DNA of 32,000 nt from Halorhodospira halophila SL1 (GCF_000015585.1 NC_008789.1:300001-332000); one strand, 5' to 3'; numbered from the stretch's first letter, positions 8,526 through 18,461 are shown. A program made the numbers and translations. The notes: generated from the sequence alone by a model not told the origin.

Positions 8526-10097
8526 TCAGCGGACCAGGTCGTAGTTGAAGTCGGTGACACCCATGTGCCGGGTCTCCTCGTCGAGCCGGTCCAGCACCTC
8601 GTTGACGATGGTGGTGAGGATGTACATCGCCCCCTCATAGCCCCAGATGCTGTTGCGGTGCAGGTGGTGCCGGTCGAAGATCGGGAAGCCGAGGCGGATC
8701 AGCGGGACCTCGAACTCCTTGCCCTTGTAGAGGGTGTCGCGCTGGATGAACTTGCCGTAGGAGTTGCCGATCATGAAGTCGGGCTTGTCGGTGAAGCACA
8801 GCGAACGCATGTGCCACAGATCCTTGCCGACGTAGACCTGGGCGCTCTCCCCGTAGGGCGTCTGCTCGAGCATGGCGCGCATCGCCTTGCCCCAGCGCTT
8901 GTTGGCGTTGTGGCAGAGCACGTGGCGCGGTTCGGCGCCGAGCTCGGTGAGGAAGCGGGTCATGCCCATGACGAAGTCCGGATCCCCCCACAGGGCGAAG
9001 CGCTTGCCGTGCAGCCACTGGTGGGAGTCGGTCATCATGTCCACCAGCCGCCCGCGCTCCTTCTCCAGGGACGGGGGGATCGGCTTGCCGGTGATCTGCG
9101 AGACCTGCATCAGGAAGTTGTCCGTCGCCTCGAGGCCGATGGGCACCTGCACCTCGGGGCAGTCGTGCTTCCAGGTCTGCTTGACGTACTTCTTGGTCTT
9201 GGTCAGCGCCCAGGGCTGGAGCAGGAGCGTGTCCAGGGCGTTGGGCGCATCGCGGACCTCGTCGATGGGCGTCCCGCCGGCGTACATCCGGTACTCGCCG
9301 TCGGCCGGGGTGTCGAGCACCTCGGTGGGATCACTGAGCACCGAGGCCTCCACGCCCATCTCATCCAGGGCGCGCTTGACCCAGCGGTAGCTACCCAGGT
9401 AGGTCTCGAAGCCGGGCACCAGGTTGAGCTTGCCGTTGCTGCCCGGCTGCTTGTCTTCCATCTCATTGATGGTGAAGTAGCGGATGAGGCCCTCGAACAT
9501 GCCGTCCCAGCCGGTGATGTGGCTGCCGACAAAGCTCGGCGTGTGAGCAAACGGGGTCGGGACCTCCTGGGGCAGATACCCCTCGTCCTTGGCGTTGCCG
9601 ATGAAGGCGTTGAGGTCGTCGCCGATGACCTCGGCCATGCAGGTGGTGGAGACGGCGATCACCTCGGGCTGGTAGATCTGGTAGGCGTTCTGCAGCCCCT
9701 GGTTCATGTTCTTGTGACCGCCGAAGACCGCCGCGTCCTCGGTCATGGAGTCGGAGACGCAGGCCACCGGCTCCTTGAAGTGGCGGTTGAAGTAGGTCCG
9801 GAAGTACGCCACACAGCCCTGGGAGCCGTGGACGTAGGGTAGGGTCTTCTCGAACCCCAGCGAGCAGAGCACCGCGCCCAGGGGCTGGCAAACCTTACCC
9901 GGGTCAACGGTCAGCGCCTCGCGGGAGAAGTTCAGCTCCTGGTACTCCGGCGTGGTCGTCCACTGGAAGGTCTCGTCGATGGTCTGCTGATCGACGCCCT
10001 CCTCGTGCTCCTGCCGCTTGCGGTTGAGAACCTGCTGGTAGTCGTCATCCCGGAACAGCGGGTAGCACGGCTTGATGGCTTCGGTGTCTTCGTTCAT
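8526..10097 (-). CDS. nifK: Mo-nitrogenase MoFe protein beta chain
   Basis: 523 aa with HGSQGCVAYFR and TTCMAEVIGDD P-cluster contexts. Follows nifD. Confidence 0.95.
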   Translation of the reverse strand: MNEDTEAIKPCYPLFRDDDYQQVLNRKRQEHEEGVDQQTIDETFQWTTTPEYQELNFSREALTVDPGKVCQPLGAVLCSLGFEKTLPYVHGSQGCVAYFRTYFNRHFKEPVACVSDSMTEDAAVFGGHKNMNQGLQNAYQIYQPEVIAVSTTCMAEVIGDDLNAFIGNAKDEGYLPQEVPTPFAHTPSFVGSHITGWDGMFEGLIRYFTINEMEDKQPGSNGKLNLVPGFETYLGSYRWVKRALDEMGVEASVLSDPTEVLDTPADGEYRMYAGGTPIDEVRDAPNALDTLLLQPWALTKTKKYVKQTWKHDCPEVQVPIGLEATDNFLMQVSQITGKPIPPSLEKERGRLVDMMTDSHQWLHGKRFALWGDPDFVMGMTRFLTELGAEPRHVLCHNANKRWGKAMRAMLEQTPYGESAQVYVGKDLWHMRSLCFTDKPDFMIGNSYGKFIQRDTLYKGKEFEVPLIRLGFPIFDRHHLHRNSIWGYEGAMYILTTIVNEVLDRLDEETRHMGVTDFNYDLVR

Positions 10098-10148
10098 TGC
10101 GCTTCCTCCAGCTGCGCCGCGACGGATCGACGGCGCCTTGCCTCGATC

Positions 10149-10173
10149 GGGCGGGCCGGCCTCCGGCCCGCCC
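10149..10173 (-). other. Stable intercistronic stem-loop in the nifD-nifK spacer
   Basis: GGGCGGGCC(GG CCT CC)GGCCCGCCC: a 9-bp perfect stem extendable to 11 bp with a 3-nt loop, inside the 90-nt nifD-nifK gap. Confidence 0.5.
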
Positions 10174-10187
10174 CTGGCTGCGAGTGG

Positions 10188-11654
10188 TCAGGCCGCCTTG
10201 GAGGCCGGCTCACCGGTGGCTTTCCACGGCGGAGTCATGCGATCCCAGACCGGGTTGTTCAGGGTCATGTCCATATCCCGGGCGAAGATCGCGAAGCCGT
10301 CGTAGCCGTGGTACGGCCCGGAGTAGTCCCAGGAGTGCATCTGCCGGAACGGCAGACCCATCTTCTGGAAGACGTACTTCTCCTTGATCCCGGCGGCCAC
10401 CAGGTCCGGTCGGGCCCGCTCGATGAAACGCTCCAGCTCGAAGGCGTTGGCGTCGTCGTAGACCAGCGTCCCCTCCTTGAGCTCCGGGTAGGTGCGGTCG
10501 TAGTCGTCGTCGTGGGCGAACTCGTAGCCGGTGCCGATGACCTCCATGCCCAGGTCCTCGTAGGCCCCGATGACGTGGCGCGAGCGCAGCCCGCCGACGT
10601 AGAGCATCACCTTCTTGCCCTCGAGCCGCGGCCGATACTTGGCGATCACCGCCTCCATGGTCGGCTGGTACTTGGCGATGACCTGCTCGGCGTTGGCCTG
10701 GATGGTCTCGTCGAACTGCGCCGCGATCTCGCGTAGGCTCTGGGCGATCCGCGTCGGCCCGAAGAAGTTGAACTCCATCCACGGGATGCCGTGGGTCTTC
10801 TCCATGTGCTCGCAGATGTAGTTCATGGAGCGGTAGCAGTGCAGGAGATTGAGCTGGACCTTGGGCGTGTTCTCCATCTCGGCCAGGGTGCCGTCGCCGG
10901 ACCACTGCGCCACCACGTTCAGGCCCATCTCCTCGAGCAGGATGCGCGAGGCCCAGCAGTCGCCACCGATGTTGTAGTCGCCGACGATGGCCACGTCGTA
11001 GGGCCCGGCCTGGCGGCCGTCGCCCTCGCGGTTCTCCAGGACGTGGTCGCGGATGGTGTCGTTGGCGATGTGGTGGCCGAGGGACTGCGACACGCCGCGG
11101 AACCCCTCGCAGCGCACCGGGATCACCGGCTTACCGAGGCGCTCGGTGGCCTGCCGACCCACGGAGTCGATGTCGTCGCCGATCAGCCCGATGGGGCACT
11201 CCGACTGCACGGTGATGCCCTTGTTCAGCGGGAAGAGCATCTCGATCTCGTCGACGATCTTCTCCAGCTTCGGGTCGCCACCAAAGACGATGTCCCGCTC
11301 CTGGAAGTCTGAGGTGAAGTTGATGGTGCCGAAGGTGTCCACCCCGGTATGGCCGGTGTAGTAGTTGCGCCGGCCGGCCCGGGAGAGCTGACCACAACCC
11401 ACCGGGCCGTGGGAGACGTGCACCATGTCCTTGATCGGCCCCCAGACCACACCCTTGGAGCCGGCGTAGGCGCAGCCGCGCTGGGTCATCACCCCGGGGA
11501 CCGACTTGCGGTTGGAGGTCACGCACTTGCTAGGCTGCTGATCCGGGCCGACGGCGGCCAGGTGCTTGTCCCGTTCCGCGCGGGTGGCCTCGGGGTAGAC
11601 CTCGAGGACCTCCTCGATCACCGCCTGGGCCTCTTCCTGCGTCAAGTTGCTCAT
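10188..11654 (-). CDS. nifD: Mo-nitrogenase MoFe protein alpha chain
   Basis: 488 aa with the CYRSMNY (FeMoco Cys) and [11 protein letters not shown] (FeMoco His) contexts. Confidence 0.95.
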   Translation of the reverse strand: MSNLTQEEAQAVIEEVLEVYPEATRAERDKHLAAVGPDQQPSKCVTSNRKSVPGVMTQRGCAYAGSKGVVWGPIKDMVHVSHGPVGCGQLSRAGRRNYYTGHTGVDTFGTINFTSDFQERDIVFGGDPKLEKIVDEIEMLFPLNKGITVQSECPIGLIGDDIDSVGRQATERLGKPVIPVRCEGFRGVSQSLGHHIANDTIRDHVLENREGDGRQAGPYDVAIVGDYNIGGDCWASRILLEEMGLNVVAQWSGDGTLAEMENTPKVQLNLLHCYRSMNYICEHMEKTHGIPWMEFNFFGPTRIAQSLREIAAQFDETIQANAEQVIAKYQPTMEAVIAKYRPRLEGKKVMLYVGGLRSRHVIGAYEDLGMEVIGTGYEFAHDDDYDRTYPELKEGTLVYDDANAFELERFIERARPDLVAAGIKEKYVFQKMGLPFRQMHSWDYSGPYHGYDGFAIFARDMDMTLNNPVWDRMTPPWKATGEPASKAA

Positions 11655-11669
11655 GTTGGTGATCCCCCC

Positions 11670-12863
<1,194 letters not shown>

Positions 12864-13334
12864 TCAGTGCTCACTGTAGACGGCGGTCTGCCCGGCCTCG
12901 TTGAAGGCGAGGACCTGGAAGGACTCGGCGGGCTGGCCGGGGATCTCCATCCCCGGCGACCCGATGGGCATACCGGGAACGGAGAGACCGCTGATCGACG
13001 GTTGTTCCTCCAGCATGCGCCGGATATCGGCGGCCGGGACATGGCCCTCCACCGCGTAGCCGTCGACCACGGCCATGTGGCAGGAGACCAGTTCCGGGGT
13101 GATCCCGTGGCTGCGCCGGACCTGGTTGATCTCGCGCTGCTCGGTCACCACCGGCTCGACCTCGAAGCCCTCCTCACGCAGGTGGGTGACCCAGTCCGCG
13201 CAGCATTCACACGTCGGGGTCTTGTAGACGGTAACCACGCCCTCGTCGGTGCCGCCGCCGAGCACGGCGTAGCTGGCCCCACCGACCACCCCGACCGCGC
13301 CCAGAACGCCGGCATAGATCCAGTTGCGTCGCAT
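12864..13334 (-). CDS. DUF411 / CopG-type periplasmic copper-binding protein
   Basis: ATG at 13334 with a GAGGAGGAG SD. N-terminal signal/TM segment, then the DUF411 hallmarks CECCADW ... CHM ... PIGSPGME. Confidence 0.8.
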   Translation of the reverse strand: MRRNWIYAGVLGAVGVVGGASYAVLGGGTDEGVVTVYKTPTCECCADWVTHLREEGFEVEPVVTEQREINQVRRSHGITPELVSCHMAVVDGYAVEGHVPAADIRRMLEEQPSISGLSVPGMPIGSPGMEIPGQPAESFQVLAFNEAGQTAVYSEH

Positions 13335-13386
13335 CGGCCCCGCTCCTCCTCGGCTGACCATGGCACCGGACCCATTATTGACATAA

Positions 13387-13402
13387 CGCAACCCGGATAC
13401 CA
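13387..13402 (-). promoter_or_regulatory. Possible sigma54-type promoter for the DUF411 gene
   Basis: The - strand reads TGGTATCCGGGTTGCG (GG-N10-GC with TTGC at -12), about 55 nt upstream of ATG 13334. No TGT-N10-ACA within 200 bp upstream. Confidence 0.35.
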
Positions 13403-13427
13403 CCCCCTTCTTGCCGACCGAGGGGGT
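13402..13427 (-). terminator. Hairpin immediately after the SIR2-like gene stop (possible end of the nifB operon)
   Basis: ACCCCCT / AGGGGGT forms a 7-bp stem with a 12-nt loop, starting 1 nt after the stop codon. No clear U-tract. Confidence 0.25.
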
Positions 13428-14309
13428 TCAAGCGCGCTGGGGCGTCTCGCGGGCGGCCCGCTCGGCCAGGTCCCGGGCGCAGGCTTCGATCACGGTCACG
13501 CCGTGGCGAGCCAGGTAGCGCCGCTCCTTCCCGGCGGTGGCCGGAAGCAGGGCCCACCCCTTAGGCTCCCCGGCCTCCTGGGTGATCTCGGTAAAGAGCA
13601 TGCGCTCGGTATCCCGGGTAAAGCGCACCCCCAGGCTCAGGTAGCGCACGCCGCGCCGCCGCTCCTTGAGAAAGCGCGGCAGGGCGAAACCGCCCATCAG
13701 CTCGGTGAGGTAGTCCACAAAATCAGCGTCCGAGGCAACGAAGCTCGGATCGGGCCGCGGCGTGCCCAGCGGCTTGAACAGCACCGGGCCCGAGGGCGTC
13801 GGCGGCGACTCGGCCGCCTCGTCGTGGAGCTCGTGATAGCCGATGCCGTCGTGGCGAAAGACCCGGTAGCGCCGACCGCCGGTGACCCGGGCGATGCCCT
13901 GGACCAGCAAGTGCGGGGTGCCGGCCCAGGCGTCCTGAAGCTGGGTATCCCGATTCAGGTCGACCACCCACGCCGGCCGTTGCTGCGCCAGCCAGTCGAT
14001 CACCGGGGCGCGGGTCCACGGCACCTCACCAAAGCAGGCGCAGAGGAAGCGCTCCAGATAGGGGCGACCGTAATCCTGTTCGATCTTCATCGCCGCCCGG
14101 GAGAACTCGTGCATCAGCACCGGCGACATGGGCCGCCCCTGATTCAGGGCAAGGATCAGCCGCTCGTTGTCGGCGGGCATGGCGTCGCCGGTCTCCGGAT
14201 GTCGGGCCCCCTCCAGGGCCCCCGGCCCGAGCACCGGGACGACACTGCCGTCGGCAAACCCCTGGGTCCACCGCTTCAACCGCTCCTCATCCAACCCCGG
14301 ATGGCTCAT
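13428..14309 (-). CDS. SIR2-like (SIR2_2-type) domain protein of unknown function, last gene of the nifB operon
   Basis: ATG at 14309 with a GGGAGGGGA SD, 23 nt inside the 3' end of nifZ::nifM. 293 aa. Ordered motifs resemble the SIR2_2 fold: VVPVLGPGA, AWVVDLNRDTQL, VLFKPLG...SFVASDADFVDYL, VRYLSLGVRFTRDTERMLF. The assignment is by eye and needs a profile search. Confidence 0.5.
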   Translation of the reverse strand: MSHPGLDEERLKRWTQGFADGSVVPVLGPGALEGARHPETGDAMPADNERLILALNQGRPMSPVLMHEFSRAAMKIEQDYGRPYLERFLCACFGEVPWTRAPVIDWLAQQRPAWVVDLNRDTQLQDAWAGTPHLLVQGIARVTGGRRYRVFRHDGIGYHELHDEAAESPPTPSGPVLFKPLGTPRPDPSFVASDADFVDYLTELMGGFALPRFLKERRRGVRYLSLGVRFTRDTERMLFTEITQEAGEPKGWALLPATAGKERRYLARHGVTVIEACARDLAERAARETPQRA

Positions 14310-15252
14310 GGCTTTCCCCTCCCTGGCCGATCCGCGCCCGATCCCGCTGGACCTGCCGGGCCCGCTGCTCCTGCAGCGCCCCGCGAATCCGTTCCCGAAG
14401 CTCGTCGTCCAGCGGCGCAACGTCCGGCGGGTGAATGGTTTCGCAAAGGAGCACATGCAGGCCCATCGCCGTTTCCACCGGCCCGCGCACCTCACCGGCA
14501 GCCATCTCGAACAGGGCCGCATCCAGCTCCTCGTGCAGTTGCCCCCGGGGCACCCGACCTACCAGCCCGCCGTGCAGGGCACTGGGGCACTCGGAGTGGC
14601 GCTCGGCGGCGGCGGCAAACCCCCGCGGATCGGCGGCCAGCTTTCCAGTCAGCTTCTCGGCCCGCGCCCAGGCCCGCTGCCGTGTGTTCTCCGGGAAATC
14701 GTCGTTGATGGTGATCAGCAGGTGGCGCACGGTGCGCGTCTCGTCGCGCCGAAACCGCTCGGGGTTCTCGTGGTAGAAGCGCTCCACGTCCTCGTCGGTG
14801 ACCGCCGGCACCTCGGCGGCCAGCGCCGCCAGGGCGTGCTCCGGGACCTGCAGGGTGTGCCCCGGAAAGCGCACCTGGTAGGCCGGCCCGGTCGGGGCAT
14901 CGCGCACCACGCGGAGAATCTCGCCGACGGCCCCAGGCTCGGCCACCACCTCGCCCTGGACCGCGAGACGGCGGGTGGGCGTCACACGGTCACGACACTC
15001 GAAGCGGGTCTCCACCCAGTGGCTGGCTGCATCCATGAGCTCCTCCTCGCGACAACCGACCATGCGATCCTGATCCAGGAAGAAGACGGTGTAGATGATC
15101 TGATCCTGCAGGAACGTCCCGACATCCCGGACGTAACCCACACTCCCCCGGGGGACCAGCAACTCACCCCGGGCCACGCCGGGGTAAGTGCCGTCGTTGC
15201 GGATGTTGCGGGTCACCCGCACCGCCGCGCCGATCCTGAACTGCGGGAGCAT
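14287..15252 (-). CDS. nifM: NifZ-NifM fusion protein (full NifZ + parvulin-type PPIase part of NifM)
   Basis: Single uninterrupted 321-aa ORF. The N-terminal roughly 145 aa is NifZ-like (FRIGAAVRVTRNIRNDGTYPG...GSVGYVRDVGTFLQDQIIYTVFF...VGCREEEL, plus a second NifZ C-terminal module). The C-terminal roughly 175 aa is NifM/parvulin-like (RHLLITINDDFPENT...HSECPSALHGGLVG...G.HVLLCE). ATGA overlap with the nifW stop. Confidence 0.8.
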   Translation of the reverse strand: MLPQFRIGAAVRVTRNIRNDGTYPGVARGELLVPRGSVGYVRDVGTFLQDQIIYTVFFLDQDRMVGCREEELMDAASHWVETRFECRDRVTPTRRLAVQGEVVAEPGAVGEILRVVRDAPTGPAYQVRFPGHTLQVPEHALAALAAEVPAVTDEDVERFYHENPERFRRDETRTVRHLLITINDDFPENTRQRAWARAEKLTGKLAADPRGFAAAAERHSECPSALHGGLVGRVPRGQLHEELDAALFEMAAGEVRGPVETAMGLHVLLCETIHPPDVAPLDDELRERIRGALQEQRARQVQRDRARIGQGGESHEPSGVG

Positions 15253-15587
15253 CAGCCGACCCTCCCGCGGCCGATGTGCGCCACCGGGACCTCCGCGGTG
15301 GCCCCGCGGGCCGCCTGGCGATGGATCCGCAACGCCGCCTGGCTACGGGCATCGGAGCCGACGAAATCGTCGTGGGCGCGCTGGAGCAGCGCCCGGGCGT
15401 GGGCCTCGGCCTCCGCCGGGTGGGACGGCGGTTCGGCGGTGGCGTAATCGTGGAAGCGCTGGAGGATGTGCAGCCGATAGACCCGCACCAGCTGCGGGTC
15501 GTGGGCCACCCCCAAACCCTCCAGCCAAGCCTCGATGCCCTCAAGCCCTTCCTCGCTCTCCGGTTCCAATGCCTCCAACCACTTCAT
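15252..15587 (-). CDS. nifW: Nitrogenase-stabilising/protective protein NifW
   Basis: 111 aa with an AGAGGAGG SD. DPQLVRVYRLHILQRF core typical of NifW. Located between nifV and nifZ. Confidence 0.8.
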   Translation of the reverse strand: MKWLEALEPESEEGLEGIEAWLEGLGVAHDPQLVRVYRLHILQRFHDYATAEPPSHPAEAEAHARALLQRAHDDFVGSDARSQAALRIHRQAARGATAEVPVAHIGRGRVG

Positions 15588-15598
15588 GGCAACCTCCT

Positions 15599-16744
15599 CT
15601 AGGCCTCGACGGCACCGTTGGCGGCTGTAACCGCCCCCTCGACCACCAGCGCGCGCAGCTCATCCGCACTCGGGGCACGCTTATGGGTGACACTCCAGCG
15701 CCGGATCAGGGGCAGGAGCGCGCGGGCCTGCTCACGGTCGAGATCCACCCCCGCCTCACGGCATGCGGCCTGGACGCCGCGGGTCCCGGAGTGCTTGCCG
15801 AGGACCAGCTCATGGCACCGCCCGACCTCATCCGGATCCAGGCCCTGGTAGTTGCGGGCATCCTTGAGCAGCCCATCGACGTGGATCCCGGCCTCGTGGC
15901 GGAACACCCCGGCGCCGACCACGCTCTTGCCCCAGGGCACCGGCCGCCCCGAGGCCGCCTCCACCAGCGCCGCCACAGCGGTCAGGCCGGCGGTATCGAC
16001 CCCCGTGGGCCGATGGCAGAGCCGGTGCAGACCGAGGACCACCTCCTCCAGGGCGGCGTTCCCGGCACGCTCGCCGAGGCCGCAGACGGTGGTATTGACG
16101 TGGGTGGCCCCACCGCGCACCGCGGCCAGGGAGTTGGCCGTGGCCAGACCGAAGTCGTCGTGGGCGTGCATCTCCAGCTCCAAATCCGTGGCGGCGCGCA
16201 GACGCTGGAACACTTCGCAGACCGCGAAGGGCTCGGCGATCCCCACCGTATCGGCAATGCGCAGCCGCCGCGCTCCGGCCGCCTCCGCACACCGCGCCAC
16301 CTCGACGAGGAACTCCGGATCGGCCCGGGTGGCATCCTCGCCGCCGACGCTGACCTCCAGCCCCTGCACCCGGGCCCGGCGGACCCAGGCATCAATCCGG
16401 CCCAGCACCCAGCGACGATCCCGCCCCAGCTTGTGGGCGATCTGCTGATCGGAGACCGGGATGGAGCCATCCACTCCCCAGACGCCCAGGCCGCCGCACG
16501 CCTGCAGGTCGGTCTCGCGCATCCGCGCCCAGACCAGCAGCCGCGCCGACACCCCGGACTCCGCCAGGGCGCGGATGTCGGCGCGCTCCTCGGGGCCCAT
16601 GGCCGGGATGCCCACCTCCAGCTCCGGCACCCCGATCCGATCCAGCGCCGCGGCGATGGCGAGCTTCTCGGCGCGGGTAAAGGCCACCCCGGCGGACTGC
16701 TCGCCGTCGCGCAGGGTCGTATCGTCGATCACTACCCCGGCCAT
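15599..16744 (-). CDS. nifV: Homocitrate synthase NifV
   Basis: ATG at 16744 forms an ATGA overlap with the nifQ stop. [34 protein letters not shown] and other HMGL-like/IPMS family motifs are present. Confidence 0.9.
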   Translation of the reverse strand: MAGVVIDDTTLRDGEQSAGVAFTRAEKLAIAAALDRIGVPELEVGIPAMGPEERADIRALAESGVSARLLVWARMRETDLQACGGLGVWGVDGSIPVSDQQIAHKLGRDRRWVLGRIDAWVRRARVQGLEVSVGGEDATRADPEFLVEVARCAEAAGARRLRIADTVGIAEPFAVCEVFQRLRAATDLELEMHAHDDFGLATANSLAAVRGGATHVNTTVCGLGERAGNAALEEVVLGLHRLCHRPTGVDTAGLTAVAALVEAASGRPVPWGKSVVGAGVFRHEAGIHVDGLLKDARNYQGLDPDEVGRCHELVLGKHSGTRGVQAACREAGVDLDREQARALLPLIRRWSVTHKRAPSADELRALVVEGAVTAANGAVEA

Positions 16745-17337
16745 CACGCCTCCGGCCCGAAACATTCGGAGAAATCGCTGCAGGCGTCACAGGAGGGCGC
16801 CCGGCAGGTGTAGATCCCGGTCTCCTCGCAGAGCCGCTTATAGAGAAACTTCTTCCACTTCATGTCGCGGTCGTTCAAGGCACACAGCGCGGGGAAACCC
16901 GCCTGCATGAGCCGGGTCAGCTCCTTGCGCGAGCGCAACCCCAGGTCCTGCCACAGGTGGTCGCGCCCCAGGCAGCCAGCGGCGACGATCTGCGCCAGCC
17001 AGCGCTCGGAGCGATCGGCACCGCGCCGGTAGCGCAGCAGCAGATCGGCCACATCGGCCTGCTCGTCGGCCAGCGGCCGGGCGAGTGTTGGCGGATCGGG
17101 GAACGGCGTCACCGCGCCAACACCGGGGAAGTGGCGGGCCATCATGGCCACGTAGTCACCGGGCTCGAGCCCCATCCAGGCCGGCAGGACGCTCTCGCCG
17201 CTGAGCCAGGCCGCTACCAGCTGCGCCAGCGGCTGATCGTTGGGTAGACCGGTGGCCTCGGCGAGCATGCCGCCGCAGGTGTGCGGCCAGAAGACCCGGC
17301 CCACGGGGGCCGTCGGCGTTGTCTCAGTGCCGTTCAT
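16744..17337 (-). CDS. nifQ: Molybdenum-processing protein NifQ
   Basis: 197 aa. [29 protein letters not shown] and the C-terminal Cx4Cx2Cx5C ([15 protein letters not shown]). ATGA overlap with the nifB stop. Confidence 0.88.
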   Translation of the reverse strand: MNGTETTPTAPVGRVFWPHTCGGMLAEATGLPNDQPLAQLVAAWLSGESVLPAWMGLEPGDYVAMMARHFPGVGAVTPFPDPPTLARPLADEQADVADLLLRYRRGADRSERWLAQIVAAGCLGRDHLWQDLGLRSRKELTRLMQAGFPALCALNDRDMKWKKFLYKRLCEETGIYTCRAPSCDACSDFSECFGPEA

Positions 17338-18389
17338 GGGGTGCCCTCCTCTTCCCGCAGCTGCTCATCCAGGGCCTGCCAGGCCGCCTCCTGGCGGACG
17401 CGCACCGCCTCCGGATCCAGGGACAGCCCGGCCACGCGGGCGCGGCTGAACTCCGCGCCGCGGTCCTCGCCGAGCATCCCGGCGGCATCAGCGCGGCACT
17501 GCTGGCAGTGGCTCATCACCGCAATATCGTTGGCGCAGGCGGCGCGCAGCCCGAGCAGTTCCGCGTCGGTGGGGCCGCGCTGGCCGATCTGGCCGAAGTG
17601 GGTGCCGTGACTCGGATCGGAGATCAACGGCATGACGTTGTGCAGGAACGCCCCGCGCTGCCGGACCACCCGCGACACGGCGGGCAGGTGCTGGTGATTG
17701 ATCCCCGGGATAGCCACCGAGTTGACCTTCACCAGCACCCCCCGCTCGGCCAGGGCCTCGATCCCGGCGAGCTGGCGCTGGAGCAGGATCCGGGCCGCCT
17801 CCAGGCCGCGCCGCCGGCGGTGCTCGAAGAGGATCGACGGGTGGATCTGCGCACCGATCTCCGGGTCGATGGCGTTGACCGTGACGGTGACATGCTCCAC
17901 ATCCAGGGCCACCAGATCGTCGACGTAGTCGGGCAGCGCCAGGCCGTTGGTGGACAGGCACAGGCGCAGCTGCGGGGCGACCTCGCGGATGCGCTCGAAG
18001 GTCTCGAAGGTACGCCGCGGGTTGGCCAGGGCGTCGCCGGGGCCGGCGATGCCCACCACCGACAGCTGCGGGATCTCCGCGGCCACCGCCAGGGTCTTGG
18101 CCACCGCCTCCTCGGGGGTGAGGACCTCGGAGACCACCCCGGGGCGGGACTCGTTGGCGCAGTCGTACTTGCGGTTACAGTAGTTGCACGAGAGGTTGCA
18201 ACCCGGGGCGACGGCCACGTGCAGCCGCGCAAAGTGGTGGTGGGCGCGCTCGGAGTAGCAGGGGTGGTCCCGGACCTTGGCGCGCAGCGCCTCGGGCAGG
18301 TGCTCGAGCCCGTCGCCGGGTGCCCCCGCGCCACCGACACCGGGACACCCGGCTTCCGGGTCGCAGATGGTGGAGCCGCTTGCGTCCAT
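17334..18389 (-). CDS. nifB: Radical-SAM FeMo-cofactor (NifB-co) synthase NifB, short form without NifX-like domain
   Basis: ATG at 18389 with a GGAGGGAGAG SD. HPCYSERAHHHFARLHVAVAPGCNLSCNYCNRKYDC (CxxxCxxC), HCQQCRADAAG. Only about 45 aa follow the CRADA motif before the stop. Confidence 0.9.
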   Translation of the reverse strand: MDASGSTICDPEAGCPGVGGAGAPGDGLEHLPEALRAKVRDHPCYSERAHHHFARLHVAVAPGCNLSCNYCNRKYDCANESRPGVVSEVLTPEEAVAKTLAVAAEIPQLSVVGIAGPGDALANPRRTFETFERIREVAPQLRLCLSTNGLALPDYVDDLVALDVEHVTVTVNAIDPEIGAQIHPSILFEHRRRRGLEAARILLQRQLAGIEALAERGVLVKVNSVAIPGINHQHLPAVSRVVRQRGAFLHNVMPLISDPSHGTHFGQIGQRGPTDAELLGLRAACANDIAVMSHCQQCRADAAGMLGEDRGAEFSRARVAGLSLDPEAVRVRQEAAWQALDEQLREEEGTP

Positions 18390-18445
18390 TGTCTCTCCCT
18401 CCGTCGGGACCGGAGCCGGGCTCCGGTCGGGCCTGCCCGTGTCAA

Positions 18446-18461
18446 TGCAACCCTCATGCCG
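18446..18461 (-). promoter_or_regulatory. sigma54 (-24/-12) promoter of the nifB operon
   Basis: The - strand reads CGGCATGAGGGTTGCA with correct GG-N10-GC spacing. Predicted 5'UTR is about 46 nt. Confidence 0.7.

Noticed and set aside
13361-13375. TGGCAC hexamer on the + strand in the DUF411 upstream spacer.
   Set aside because: There is no GC dinucleotide at the -12 position, and it points away from any + strand gene. The - strand element at 13387-13402 is the better candidate.
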